Positions 1-12,884 of a stretch of 64,000 nucleotides of DNA are shown here, in pieces (the stretch's first letter is position 1; the number at the start of each line of letters is the position of its first letter). Made by a program: the position numbers and the translations under genes. Origin of the DNA: the human T2T-CHM13v2.0 reference genome, Homo sapiens. The notes under the pieces were generated by a model that did no database searches, had not been told where the DNA came from, and was given only the letters and a program-made list of their open reading frames with translations. The stretch is taken from the NCBI RefSeq assembly GCF_009914755.1, contig NC_060936.1; one strand, 5' to 3'.

Positions 1-949
1 AAATCATATTAGAAAACAAAATAAAAATCTTTAGTAATATCTTTGGAACTGATGATATAAGTGAGGATTTTTTTTTTCAAGCATGAAATACTGTGGATAC
101 TTTAAGCAAATACATGAATTTGAAGCTTATGGTGTAGTTCCCAGGATGAAAGGAATTCTATAAACAAAGCTTCCAATAGACAGGAACCAGGAATATCTAT
201 GTCGCTCTTGGGAGTAAAATCATTTTAATCATCTCTTTCCTGGCAACTTTATGGAGATAAATGAAGTGAAATGGTTTATTCTGCCCTTGCATCACCCTGC
301 TTGAATTTCTAAGAGCCAATATTTCAAGTTGCCCCTGCATATTACCTGTATATGAATGGCAAGAGAAAAGAACCTAGAGGAAACCTTCAGGAACCCCTTG
401 GGTAGTGGAAGGGTAGAGTATCTTGATTTACTGTTCCACCAAGATATTACATAGGGAGGGAAAGTGATTTCCTAAAATGAAACTGCATGTTATTAGCAAA
501 TCAAATGCCTATCAGGCAGCTCCAAGGCAAGATCTATCTACTACATGCATTGTTCTATCTTCATGAATTTAAGGGCTTAAAAGCAGTCTAATTTTGCATA
601 ATTAGTCCAGTTATTGCGCACAGATTATCTTCCAATGAGTGAACAACTGTAAGTAAAGCTTGTAACAAACTGAATGTGTGCATTAAAACTGCCTTCATAG
701 TGTTATGATATGCTTAGCAAAATACCTAGCAAATAAAGATTAGATCTTAAAAAATCATTATCTTTGAAATGAAAATCATTTTGGAATTGGTACCAGCTTA
801 ACAGAATTTGGAGTGAGAACCACAAGAAACTCTTATAAAGATAAACTACATTAAAAAATATCTAATAATAGAAAAATTAGAAAATTTGGTTGCAATCTCA
901 ACAGATACTATGTTTGCCTTTAAGAAGACATAGAGTGTTCAAAAATGAT

Positions 950-1404
950 AGTAAGCCAATTCAGTGGTGAAAAAATACTATTCAACAAGTGGGGCTGGGA
1001 CAACTAGACAGTCACATGCAAGAGAATGAATTTAGAACCTACTTCATGCAGAAATTATGAAATATACAGAAGTTAACTCAAAATATAGATCTAAATGTAA
1101 AACTTAAAACTACTAAAAGCTTAGAAGAAAACAGGAGTAGATTTTCACAATCTTGGATTAGACAATGGTTTCTTAGGTATGACACCACAAGCACAAACAA
1201 CAAAAGGGGAAAGAGATAAATCGGACTTTATCAAAATTAAAAACTGTGGTGTTCAAAAGGATACTGTCAAGAAAGTGAGCCAACAAACCACAGAATGAGA
1301 GAAAATATTTGCAGTTTATGCATCTCATAAGGGACTTGTACAGGTTATATAAAGAACTCTTATAACTCAATGAAAGGATAAGTAACCCAATTAAAGAATA
1401 GACA
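950..1404 (+). mobile_element. Old L1M (L1MB-like) late-ORF2 fragment, left part; split by the L1PA insertion
   Basis: Diverged L1 motifs (ttcaacaagtggggctgggacaact, ctaaatgtaaaac, agaagaaaac, gagaaaatatttgca); continues colinearly at 7835. Confidence 0.8.
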
Positions 1405-2716
1405 TGAGGCTGGCAAGATGGCTGAATAGGAACAGCTCTGGTCTGCAGCTCCCAGTGAGATCAATGCAGAAGGTGGATGATTTCTACATTTCCAAATAGG
1501 GTCCCGGTTCATCTCATTGGGACTAGTTGGACAGTGGGTGCAGCCCATGGAGGGCAAGCCAAAGCAGGGTGAGGCATCACCTCACCCAGGAAGCTCTTGG
1601 GATTGGGGAATTTTCTCCACTACCCAAGGGAAGCCGTGACACAACTGAGCCTGAAGAACTCTGGCACAGATACTGAGCTTGCCCCATGGTTTTCGCAACC
1701 TGCAAACGAAGAGATTCCCTCCATTGCCTACCCCACCCGGGCCCTGGGTTTCAAGCACAAAACTGGGCGGCCATCTGGGCAGACACCGAACTAGCCACAG
1801 GAGTTCTTTTTTTCCATACCCCAGTGGCACCTGGAATGCCAGTGAGACAGAACTGTTCACTCCCCTGGAAAGGGGTGCTGAAGCCAGGGAGCCAAGTGAT
1901 CTGGCTCGGCAGATCCCACCCCCACAGAGCCCAGCAAGCTAAGATCTACTGGCTTGAAATTCTCGCTGCCAACATAGCAGCAGTCTGAGATTGACCTGGG
2001 ACTCTCAAACTTGGCCGGGGGTGGGGCGTCTGCCATTGCTGAGGCTTGAGTAGGTGGTTTTACACTTACAGGGTAAACAAAGCTGCTGGGAACTTCTAAC
2101 TGGGCAGAGCCCACTGCAGCTCAGCAAGGCTGCTGTGGCCAGACTGCCAGATTTCCCTTCTCTGGGCAGGGCGTCTCTGAAAAAAAGGCAGCAGCCCCAG
2201 TCAGGGACTTATAGATAAAACCCTCATCTCCCTGGGACAGAGTACCTGGGGAAAGGGGTGGCTGTGGGCACAGCTTCAGCAAACTTAAACGTCCCTGCCT
2301 GAAGACTCTGAAGAGTGCAGTGGACCTCCCAGCACAGCGTTCGAGTTCTGCTTAGGGTCAGACTGCCTCCTCAAGTGGGTCCCTGACCCCGGTGTATCTT
2401 GACTGGGAGACACCTCCCAGTAGGGGCCAACAGACACCGCATACAGGAAAGCTCTGGCTGGCATTTGTCAGTTGCCCCTCTGGGACAAAGCTTCCAGAGG
2501 AAAGATTAGGCAGCAATCCTTGCTATTCTGCAGCCTCCACCAGTGATACCCAGGCAAACAGGGTTAAGAGTGGACCTTCAGCAAACTCCAGCAGACTGGC
2601 AGCAGAGGGGCCTCACTGTCAAAAGGACAACTAACAAACAGGAATAGCATGCCCACTCAAAGACCCTATTAGAAGGTCACCAACATCAAAGACCAAAGGT
2701 AGACACATCCACAAAG

Positions 2717-3720
2717 ATGGGGAGAAATCAGCACAAAAAGGCTGAAAATTCCAAAAACCAGAATGCCTTCTTCTCCCAAGGATCACAACTCCTTGCCAGC
2801 AAGGGAAAAACACTGGACGGAGAATGAGTTTGATGAATTGACAGAAGTAGGCTTCAAAAGGTGCGTAACAGCAAACTCCTCTGAGCTAAAGGAGCATGTT
2901 CTAGCCCAATGCAAGGAAGCTAAGCACATTAAAAAAAGGTTAGACAAATTGCTAACTAGGATAACCAGTGTAGAGAAGAACATAAATGACCTGATGGAAC
3001 TGAAAAACACAACACAAGAACTTCGCGAAGCATATGCAAGTTTCAATAGCTGAACTGATCAAGCAGAAGAAAGGATATCAGTGATTGAATATCAACTTAA
3101 TGAAATAGAGAGAGAAGGCAAGATTAGAGGAAAAAGAATAAAAAGGAATGAACAAAGCCTCCAAGAAATATGGGACTATGTGAAAAGACCAAATCTACGT
3201 TTGATTGGTGTACCTGAAAGTGACAAGGAGAATGGAACCAAGTTGGAAAACACTCTTCAGGATATTATCCAGGAGAACTCCCCCAACCTAGCAAGACAGG
3301 CCGACATTCAAATTCAGGAAATACAGAGAACACCACAAAGATACTCCTCAAGAAGAGCAACCCCAAGACACACAATCTTCAGATTCACCAAGGTTGAAAT
3401 GAAAGAAAAAATGTTAAGGACAGCCAGAGAGAAAGGTTGGGTTACCCACAAAAGCAAGCCCATCAGCCTAACAGTGTATTTCTCTGCAGAAACCCTATAA
3501 GCCAGAAGAGAGTGGGGGCCAATATTCAATATTCATAAAGAAACCCAGAATTTCATATCCAGCCAAACTAAGCTTCATAAGCGAAGGAGAAATAAAATCC
3601 TTTACAGACAAGCAAATGCTGAGGGATTTTGTCACCACCAGGCCTGTCTTACAAGAGCTCCTGAAGGAAGCACTAAACATGGAAAGGAACAATTGGTACC
3701 AGCCACTGCAAAAACATTGA
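2717..3720 (+). pseudogene. Disrupted L1 ORF1p (RNA-binding chaperone)
   Basis: ORF-track pieces 2763-3053 and 3081-3500 (EQSLQEIWDYVKRPNLRLIGVPE) match L1 ORF1p; frameshift near 2765 and premature stops. Confidence 0.9.
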
Positions 3721-3773
3721 CACTATGAAGAAACTGCATCAACTAATGGGCAACATAACCAGCTAGCATCATA

Positions 3774-3981
3774 ATGACAGGATCAAACTCACACATAAAA
3801 ATATTAACCTTAAGTGTAAATGAGCTAAATGACCCAAGTAAAAGACACAGACTGGCAAATTGGATAAAGAGTCAAGACTCATCAGTTGCTCTGTTCATTC
3901 AGGAGACCCATCTCATGTGCAAAGACGCACATAGGCTAAAATAAAGGAATGGAGGAATATTTACCAAGCAAATGGAAAGCA

Positions 3982-4012
<31 letters not shown>

Positions 4013-7000
4013 AGTTACAATCCTAATCTCTGATAAAACAGACTTTAAACCAACAAAGATCAAAAGAGACAAAAAAGGCATTACATAATGGTAAAGGGAT
4101 CAATGCAGTAAGAAGAGCTAACTATTCTAAATATATATGCACCCAATACAGGAGCACCCAGATTCATAAGCAAGTTCTTAGAGACCTACAAAGAGACTTA
4201 GATTCCCACATAATAATAGTGGAAAACTTTAACACCTCACTGTCAATATTTGACAGATCAATGAGACAGAAAATTAACAAGGATATTCAGGACTTGAACT
4301 CAGCTCTGGACCAAGTGGACCTAATAGACATCTAAAGAAATCTCCACCCCAAATCAACAGAATGTACATTCTTCTCAGCACCTCATCACACTTATTCTAA
4401 AATTAACCACATAATTGGAAGTAAAACACTCCTCAGCAAATGCAAAAGAACGGAAATTATAACAAACAGTCTCTCAGACCACAGTGCAATCAAACTAGAA
4501 CTCAGGATTAAGAAACTCATTCAAAACCCCACAACTACATGGAAACTGAACAACCTGCTCCTAAATGACTGCTGGGTAAATAACGAAATGAAGGCAGAAA
4601 TAAATATGTTCTTTGAAACCAATGAGAATGAAGACACAACATACCAGAATCTCTGGGACACATTTAAAGCAGTGTGTAGAGGGAAATTTATAGCACTAAA
4701 TGCCCACAAGAGAAAGCAGAAAAGATCTAAAATTGATGCCTTAACATCAACATTAAAAGAACTAGAGAAGCAAGAGCAAACAAATTCAAAAGCTAGCAGA
4801 AGACAAGAATAACTAAGATCAGAGCAGAACTGAAGGAGATAGAGACGCAAAAAACCCTTCAAAAAGTCAGTGAGTGCAGGAGCTGGTTTTTTGAAAAGAT
4901 CAACAAAATCGACTGCTAGTCAGACTAATAAAGAAGAAAAGAGAGAAGAATCAAATAGATGCAATAAAAACTGTTATAGTGGATATCACCACTGATCCCA
5001 TAGAAATACAAACTACCATCAGAGAATACTATAAACACCTCTATGCAAATAAACTAGAAAATCTAGAAGAAATGGATAATTTCCTGGACATTTACACCCT
5101 CCCAAGTCTAAACCAGGAAGAAGTCAAATGCCTGAATAAACCAATAACAAGTTCTGAAATTGAGGCAGTAATTAATAGCCTACCCACCAAAAAAGTCCAG
5201 GACCACACGGATTCACAGCTGAATTCCACCAGTGGTACAAAGAGGAGCTGGTACCATTTCTTCTGGAACTATTCCAAACAATAGAAAAAGAGGGAATCCT
5301 CCCTAACTCATTTTATGAGGCCAGCGTCATCCTGATCTCAAAACCTGGCAGAGACACACAAAAAAAGACAATTTCTGGCCAATATCCCTGTTGAACATCG
5401 ATGCGAAAATCCTCAATAAAATACTTGCAAACCGAATATAGCAGAATATCAAAAAGCTTATCCACCACAATCAAGTTGGCTTCATCCCTGGGATGTGAGA
5501 CTGCTTCAACATATGCAAATCAATAAACGTAATTCATCACATAAACAGAACCAATGACAAAAACCACATGATTATCTCAGCAGATGCAGAAAAGGCCTTC
5601 AACAAAATTCAACACCCCTTTATGCTAAAAACTCTTAATAAACTGGGTATCGATGGAACGTATCTCAAAATAATAAGAGTTATTTATGAAAAACCCAAAG
5701 GCAATATCATACTGAATGGACAAAAACTGGAAGCATTCCCTTTGAAAACCAGCACAAGACAAGGATGCCCCCCCTCACCACTCCTATTCAACATAATATT
5801 GGAAGTTCTGGCCAGGGCAATCAGGCAAGAGAAAGAAATAAAGGGTATTCGATTAGGAAGAGAGGAAGTCGAATTGTTCCTGTTTGCAGATGACATGATT
5901 GTATATTTAGAAAACCCCATCGTCTCTGCCCTCCTTAAGCTGATAAGGAACTTCAGCAAAGTCTCAGGATACAAAATCTATGTGCAAAAATCACAGCATT
6001 CTTATACACCAATAACAGACAGAGAGCCAAATCATGAGTGAACTCCCATTCACAGTTGCTTCAAAGAGAATAAAATACTTAGGAATCCAAATTACAAGGG
6101 ATGTGAAGGACCTCTTCAAGGAGAACTACAAACCACTGCTCAACGAAATAAAAGAGGATACAAACAAATGGAAGAACATTCCATGCTCATGGATAGGAAG
6201 AATCAATATCGTGAAAATGGCCATACTGCCCAAGGTAATTTATAGATTCAATGCCATCCCCATCAAGCTACCAATGACTTTCCTCATAGAATTGGAAAAA
6301 ACTACTTTAAAGTTCATATGGAACCAAAAAAGAGCCCACATTGCCAAGTCAATCCTAAGCCAAAAGAACAAACCTGGAGGCATCATGCTACCTGACTTCA
6401 AACTATACTACAAGGCTACAGTAACCAAAACAGCATGGTACTGGTACCAAAACAGAGCTATAGACCAATGGAACAGAACAGAGGCCTCAGAAATAACACC
6501 ACACATCTACAACCATCTGATCTGCAACAAACCTAACACACACAAGCAATGGGGAAAAGACTCACTATTTAATAAATGTTGTTGGGAAAACTGGCTAGCC
6601 ATATGCAGAAAACTGAAACTGGATCCGTTCCTTACACCTTATACAAAAATCAACTCAAGATGGATCAAAGACTTAAACGTAAGACCTAGGACCATAAAAA
6701 TCCTAGAAGAAAACCTGGGCAATACCATTCAGGACATAGGCATGAGCAAAGAGTTCATGTCTAAAACACCAAAGGAAATGGCAACAAAAGCCAAAATAGA
6801 CAAATGAGATCTAATTAAACTAAAGAGTTTCTGCACAGCAAAAGAAACTATCATCAGAGTGAACAGGCAATCTACAAAATGGGAGAAAATTTTTGCAATC
6901 TATCCATCTGGCAAAGGGCTAATATCGAGAATCTACAAATAACTTAAACAAATTTACAAGAAAAAAACAACCCCATCAATAAGTGGGCAAAGGACATGAA

Positions 7001-7595
7001 CAGACACTTCTCAAAAGAAGATATTTATGCAGGCAACAGACATAAGAAAAAATGCTTCATCACTGGTCATCAGAGAAATGAAAATCAAAAACAAAATGAG
7101 ATACCATCTCACGCCAGTTAGAATGGCGATCATTAAAAAGTCAGGAAACAACAGATGCTGGAGAGGATGTAGAGAAATAGCAATGCTTTGACACTATTGG
7201 TGGGCACGTAAATTAGTTCAACCATTGTGGAAGAGAGTGTGGCAATTTCTTAAGGATCTGGAACTAGAAATACCATTTGACCCAGCAATCCCATTACTGG
7301 GTATATACCCAAAGATTTTAGATCATTCTACTATAAAGATGCATGCACACATATGTTTATTGCGGCACTATTCACAAGAGCAAAGACTTGGAACCAACTG
7401 AAATATCCATCAATAATAGACTGGATAAAGAAAATGTGGCACATATACACTATGGAATATTATGCAGCCATAAAAAAGGATGAGTTCATGTCCTTTGCAG
7501 GGACATGGATGAAGCTGGAAACCATCATTCTCAGCAAACTACCACAAGAACAGAAAACCAAACACCTCATGTTCTCACCCATAAGTGGGAGTTGA
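3774..7595 (+). pseudogene. Disrupted L1 ORF2p (endonuclease / reverse transcriptase)
   Basis: Pieces 4588-4812, 4979-5284, 5568-6041 ([22 protein letters not shown]), 6034-6807 and 7353-7595 match ORF2p; many frameshifts and stops. Confidence 0.92.
3981..4007 (+). repeat. A27 homopolymer inside L1 ORF2
   Basis: 27 consecutive A. Confidence 0.95.
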
Positions 7596-7834
7596 GTCCC
7601 ACTTATGAGAACACATGGACATAGGGAGGGGCACATCACACACTGGGGCCTATTGGGGGCTGGGGGGCCAGGGAAGGAATAACATTAGGAGAAATGCCTC
7701 ATTTAGGTGACAGGTTCATGGATGCAGCAAAACACCATGGCATGTGTATACCTATGTAACAAAACTGCACATTCTGTACATGTACCCCAGAACTTAAAAT
7801 GTAATAAAAGTATATACACATATATGTAATTTTT

Positions 7835-8415
7835 AAAAATAGGCACAATATTTCAATAGATGTTTCTGTAGAGAAGGTATACAAATGTCCAGTAACCACC
7901 TGAGAGCAATATTAGTAATTAGAGAAAAGCAGGTCACAACAATAATGAGATACTACTGCACATCTCCTAGGATGGCTAAAATAAGGACAATAACAAGTGT
8001 TGTGAGGAGGTAGAAATGTTAGAACACTCATACATCACTGGTGGGATTGTGGAATGGTACAGTCATTTTGGGAAACAGATTGGTAGTTTTTTCAAAATGT
8101 TAAACATAGACTTACCATATGACAAAGAAATTCCATTCCTAAGATAAATGCCCAAGAGAAATGATAACCTATGTCCACACAAAAATCTGTATGTGAATGT
8201 TTATAGTAGTTTTATTCAAGTAGCCAAAAAGTAAAAAAAGCCCAATTATGTATCAGCTGATAAATGGATAACAAAATGTGATATATCCATACAATAGATT
8301 ATTTGACAATTAAAAATGAAATACTGATATATTTTACATTATGGATGAACCCAGAAAACACGGTAAGTGAAAGAAACTAGTCACAAAAGATCACAGAATA
8401 TATGATTACTTAATC
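7835..8415 (+). mobile_element. Old L1M (L1MB-like) 3' region, right part
   Basis: aatgagatactactgcacatctcctaggatggct, ttaaacatagacttaccatatgac, cctatgtccacacaaaaatctgta; continues the 950-1404 piece. Confidence 0.85.
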
Positions 8416-8450
8416 ATAAGTAATCTTGGATTAGACACCCTTGGCCTTGC

Positions 8451-9054
8451 TTTTTTTTTTTTTTCTTTTTTAGAGACAGGATCTCACTCTGTTGCCCAGG
8501 CTAATGTGCACTGGTACAACCTCAGCTCACTGCAGCCTCGACCTCTCAGGCTCAAGCCATCCTTTCACATCAGCCTCCTGAGTAGCTGAACTTACGGGTG
8601 TGTGCCACCATGTCCAGCTATTTTGTTTTTTAATTTTTTTTGGTAGAACTGAGGTCTCACTGTGTTGCCCAGGCTGGTCTCAAACTCCTGGGCTCACAAG
8701 ATTCTCTTGGCTGGGCATGGTGGCTAATGCCTGTAATCTGAGCACTTTGGGAGGCCGAGGTGGGTGGATCACCTGAGGTCAGGAGTTTGAGACCAGCCTA
8801 ATCAACATGGTGAAACCCCGTCCCTACTAAAAACACAAAAATTAGCCAGGCATGGCGGCACGCATCTGTAGTCCCAGATCTCAGGAGGCTGAGGCAGGGG
8901 AATCGCTTGAACCTGGGAGGCAGAGGCTGCAGTGAGCTGAGAGTGCACCACTCACTCCAGCCTAGGCGACAGAGCAAGAAAAAAAAAAAAAAATTCCTGC
9001 CTCAGAGTCCCAAAGTGCTGGGATTACAGGTGTGGGATTACAAGACGCCTGGCT
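8451..9054 (-). mobile_element. AluJ (antisense) interrupted by a younger sense Alu
   Basis: T tail 8451-8471; J-type motifs gagacaggatctcactct, cactgcagcctcgacct, ctcctgggctca; resumes after 8993; TSD ggccttgcttttt (8443) / ggctttgattttt (9055). Confidence 0.9.
8709..8993 (+). mobile_element. AluS (Sx-like) nested inside the AluJ
   Basis: ggctgggcatggtggct...cacctgaggtcaggagtttgagaccagc; A tail follows agagcaaga. Confidence 0.92.
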
Positions 9055-9207
9055 GGCTTTGATTTTTAAAAGTGAATGTGGTGGTACCTAGGGTGATTTC
9101 TGCCTTGTGCTGGCTCTGGCTGCTGTGTATGGAAGATCTAGGCCTTCCTTCTCGTTCTAGAGTCATGACAAAAGGTAGTACAAAATATTATGTAATAAGT
9201 ATCTGCT

Positions 9208-9410
<203 letters not shown>

Positions 9411-9675
9411 AGCTGCCGTGCTTCAAGTCAACAGTGTTTATTGAGTACCTGCTAGTGTGATGGCTTGCGTGCTAGACAAAAATACAAAGATGGCTGTGAG
9501 GCATTTTCGTTATTCAAAAACTCATTTGCTTATAGTCTTAGTTATCACTCTGCTGACAAAATTGCTAAAGGATAGAGAACAGGAGGGATTCTCTCTATTC
9601 TGAATTTTAATGTAGATACTATACTATATAAAAATTAATGGGAAGCTATTAATTTCTGTATTAAGAATAATTTTA

Positions 9676-9978
9676 GCCTGGGTGTTGGCTCATGCCTATA
9701 ATCCCAGCAATTTTAGAGGCCGAGTTGGGAGGATTACTTGAGGACAAGAGTTTGAGACCAGCCTGGGCAACATAGTGAGACCTCATTTCTTCAAAAAACT
9801 TTTTTAAAAAATTAGCTAGGCACTGTGCTGCACACCTTTACTCTCAGTTATTTGGGAGGCTGGGAGGATTGTTTGAGGCAGGGGTTGGAGGTTACAGTGA
9901 GCTGTGATCATGCTACTACACTCCAGCCTGGGTGACAGAATGAGACCTTGTCCTGGTCTCTAAAAAACAAAAATAATA
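9676..9978 (+). mobile_element. AluJ
   Basis: gggaggattacttgagg, gggcaacatagtgagacc, gagctgtgatcatgc (J diagnostics). Confidence 0.9.
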
Positions 9979-12050
9979 CAAGGATCTTTATTCACTTAAT
10001 TTGATTATTTAATGCTGTAGCAAATTAGCTATATAATTAAATATATTAAATTAATTAAATAGCAAATATATTAAATATTAAATAGCAAATTAGCTATCTA
10101 GAGAAATGTGACTGATAATAATAAATGAGAATTTTTGGCCTACTTTATTTTGTATATTATATTTGCTAATAGTAGAAATAATCTGCCTCTAGATATCAAA
10201 ATGTTAAAAGTTATGATCTGTTTTCAACAGATATGCTCAAAATATTTCAAAAGTAATTCTGCATTTGCAATAAAATAACATTCTGTGATATTTTACTTTG
10301 GAGTAATTAACATCATCATGCATTGTAACTTAATTCAGCTAAAGGCAAAAAATCTATTTTGTGTGGATGTTTCCTTCCCATTGTCATATTTCCCTTTTGG
10401 GAAAAAATGTATGCACTGTTCTCAATATAACAAGATATTAAAAGAATGAGATAAGAGTAGTTTATTTCAACACATGTATTCAGTATATAAAATACGGTTG
10501 TCAAGGAAGGGAGTAAAAGCAAGCAGTGTAAATGAGTTCAGGACAAATAGGAAGAGTGAGTTAAGATAAATGAAAAGAACAGATTTTGGGGGCCCTTTGA
10601 TATATTTCCATGTCCTTGGTTCCTTTCAGTCGCTATTTCTGCTGATGAAATTTTGTAACTTTGAATTGTATGGATCTGTGCTACTCAATAATGTTTCCGG
10701 TAAAGGTTAAAAAATGAAATATGCTCTCTTTAATGTGTTTTAATGAAAACTGTGTAAGTATATACATATTACTCTTGTCATAGATAGTTTTATTTAAAAA
10801 TATATGAAAACTCCAGAATAATTCCATTATTTAATATAACTGCATGTCTAATTCTATTGGCAAAAAGGAAAAAGTTGATCACTTATTACAGATAAATGAT
10901 TCTTCCAGGTAGCTAGACTGTTTTATTTATCATAATAATTTGATTGACTAAAAATATAAACATGCCAAAAGATGACACATTTACTTCTTTTCTATGGTTA
11001 TCCTAATCTGGCTTATATTAATATAACAATGGATTACATTTTCATCTTTATTATGAGGCATAAGATCCCTTTGAAGTCATTTGTCAAAAGTAAAAGGAAG
11101 ACCTCAGTATTATTTCACCACCCATGTGATGTGATTTTTAAAAATACATTGAGTGTCTACAACTCCATAATTTAAAGCAAATGTTATGAAACACATATAT
11201 AACAGATTTCCAGTTCTAGATAATTTGACAATTATCACATATTTATTACACAGGCAAAAACATTCTTGAAAATTTTGTTCTGTTTTTTATATTGTGGCAT
11301 TTCCTTGGCACACTTCTTAATGACAAAAAGTGAATTTAACCAGTAATAGAGTCCCCAAACTTAAAAGTCTATTCAAGGATGGTTTAAGGGCAGATATATG
11401 TGAACATTTTGAGAAGGATGCAAATGTCATTCTATATTTTTAATTGATGTGTTAAATAATTTCTTGGATTCTGATCATGGCAATAAAATATCACAAAATA
11501 TTTTATAGAAAATAGGATCAGAAGTATATTTCATGTTTTTCAACATTACATGAATATGATTTGATGGGAAGAAGAGACAGAGACAGAGAAGGAGAGGGAA
11601 AAAGAGAAAGGAGGAGAGAGATTTTACTACTCTGCGTTTTAGAGTTTAATACATGGTTATTCAACCTGAGGCTATAACGCTTGATGTATCTTAAAAAACA
11701 TTATTTTTTATATAATGGTTAGTATAAGCCCTGCAAAATTTAGTCTAACCAGCTATATTCTGGAATATATATGTTCAGTGATACCATTTTTAAAAAATGA
11801 GGATGCTAGTATAGTCATATTTTTACTTTATTAATAAATTGGGAGATTTTTGATAGAGAAAGGAAGGCACAATGTGACCTGTTTTATTGCATGATATAAA
11901 GAAAAATCTTATTATACTATTACTCAATATATGTCTCTACCACAAATTTGCATGATAATTTCAGCTAGAAACATCAGTATTGTAAAATTTCTGATCAGTC
12001 AACAGTATATTACTAAATTGCCACTTACACACTCAAGATTTATTAAATAT

Positions 12051-12499
12051 GCAAAAGAACTGGAAACAGAATTTTGAGATGTTTGTTTACCTATGTTTGG
12101 TGCAGCATTATCCACAATAGGCAAGATATAGAAGCAACCTAAATGTCCATCAACAGATAAAGAAAATGTGGTAAATATACATCACTGAATATTATTCAGC
12201 ACTAAAAAGGAAGTTTGTCACATGGTGAAATAAGTGAAATAAGCCAGTCATAAAAAAAACTTCTTCATGATGCTAGATGATTCTACTTATATATCTGGAG
12301 TAGCAAACTCAAAGAAACAGAAAATAGAATGTGGTTGCCAGGGGCTAGGGAATTGTCACTATGTATAGAGTTTTAGTTTTGAAAGATAAAAAATTTCTAG
12401 AGATCTGTTGTAAGATAATATGCATATAGTTAACAATAATGTACTATACACTTAAAAATGACTAAGATTGTAAATTTTGTTACATATTTTTATCACAAA
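12051..12499 (+). mobile_element. L1MB-type 3' end
   Basis: gaagcaacctaaatgtccatcaacagat, gtggttgccaggggct, gtactatacacttaaaaatg. Confidence 0.85.
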
Positions 12500-12884
12500 C
12501 TCCTCCCACCCCAGCACTCCAAATATACATACACAAATCCACACATATGCTTGGGGCATACAGAAGTAGTGTGACATAGTATTTAGATCCAGCCATTATC
12601 CCAGAGATGGATAGAGGTGATACTAGAGAAATTTTCTTCAGAAACTTTGGTAAAATTGGGTATTTTAAAGGTCAGCAGTAACAACAACGTGTGAATCAAA
12701 CTTTATTATAACAATTTAGAACTGCAAATTTTGAACTGGAAAATTTTTACTTGACAGAGTAATGACCAAAAAGCAGAAACTGTTATGCAGTTTTATTTCT
12801 CCAGGAAAATTTTCCATGATCAAAATCTGATGAACAAATAATATCTCTATTTAAAAAATTATCAGATATCGACAGATAGGAAGA

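Larger units (their letters stand above)
1405..7810 (+). mobile_element. Full-length, inactive L1PA7/L1PA8-like LINE-1 (about 6.4 kb)
   Basis: 5' UTR starts ggctggcaagatggctgaataggaacagctc; ORF1 ATG 2717; ORF2 ATG 3774; G-rich 3' UTR; aataaa at 7803; degenerate TSD aaagaatagaca (1393-1404) / aaaaataggca (7835-7845). Confidence 0.95.

Noticed and set aside
3981-4007. A27 run as a nested insertion tail
   Set aside because: It is an expansion of the native A tract in L1 ORF2; the flanks are colinear
2763-7595. Longest ORFs (up to 257 aa) with RT motifs as a novel RT system or active L1
   Set aside because: They are fragments of ordinary L1 ORF1p/ORF2p broken by stops and frameshifts
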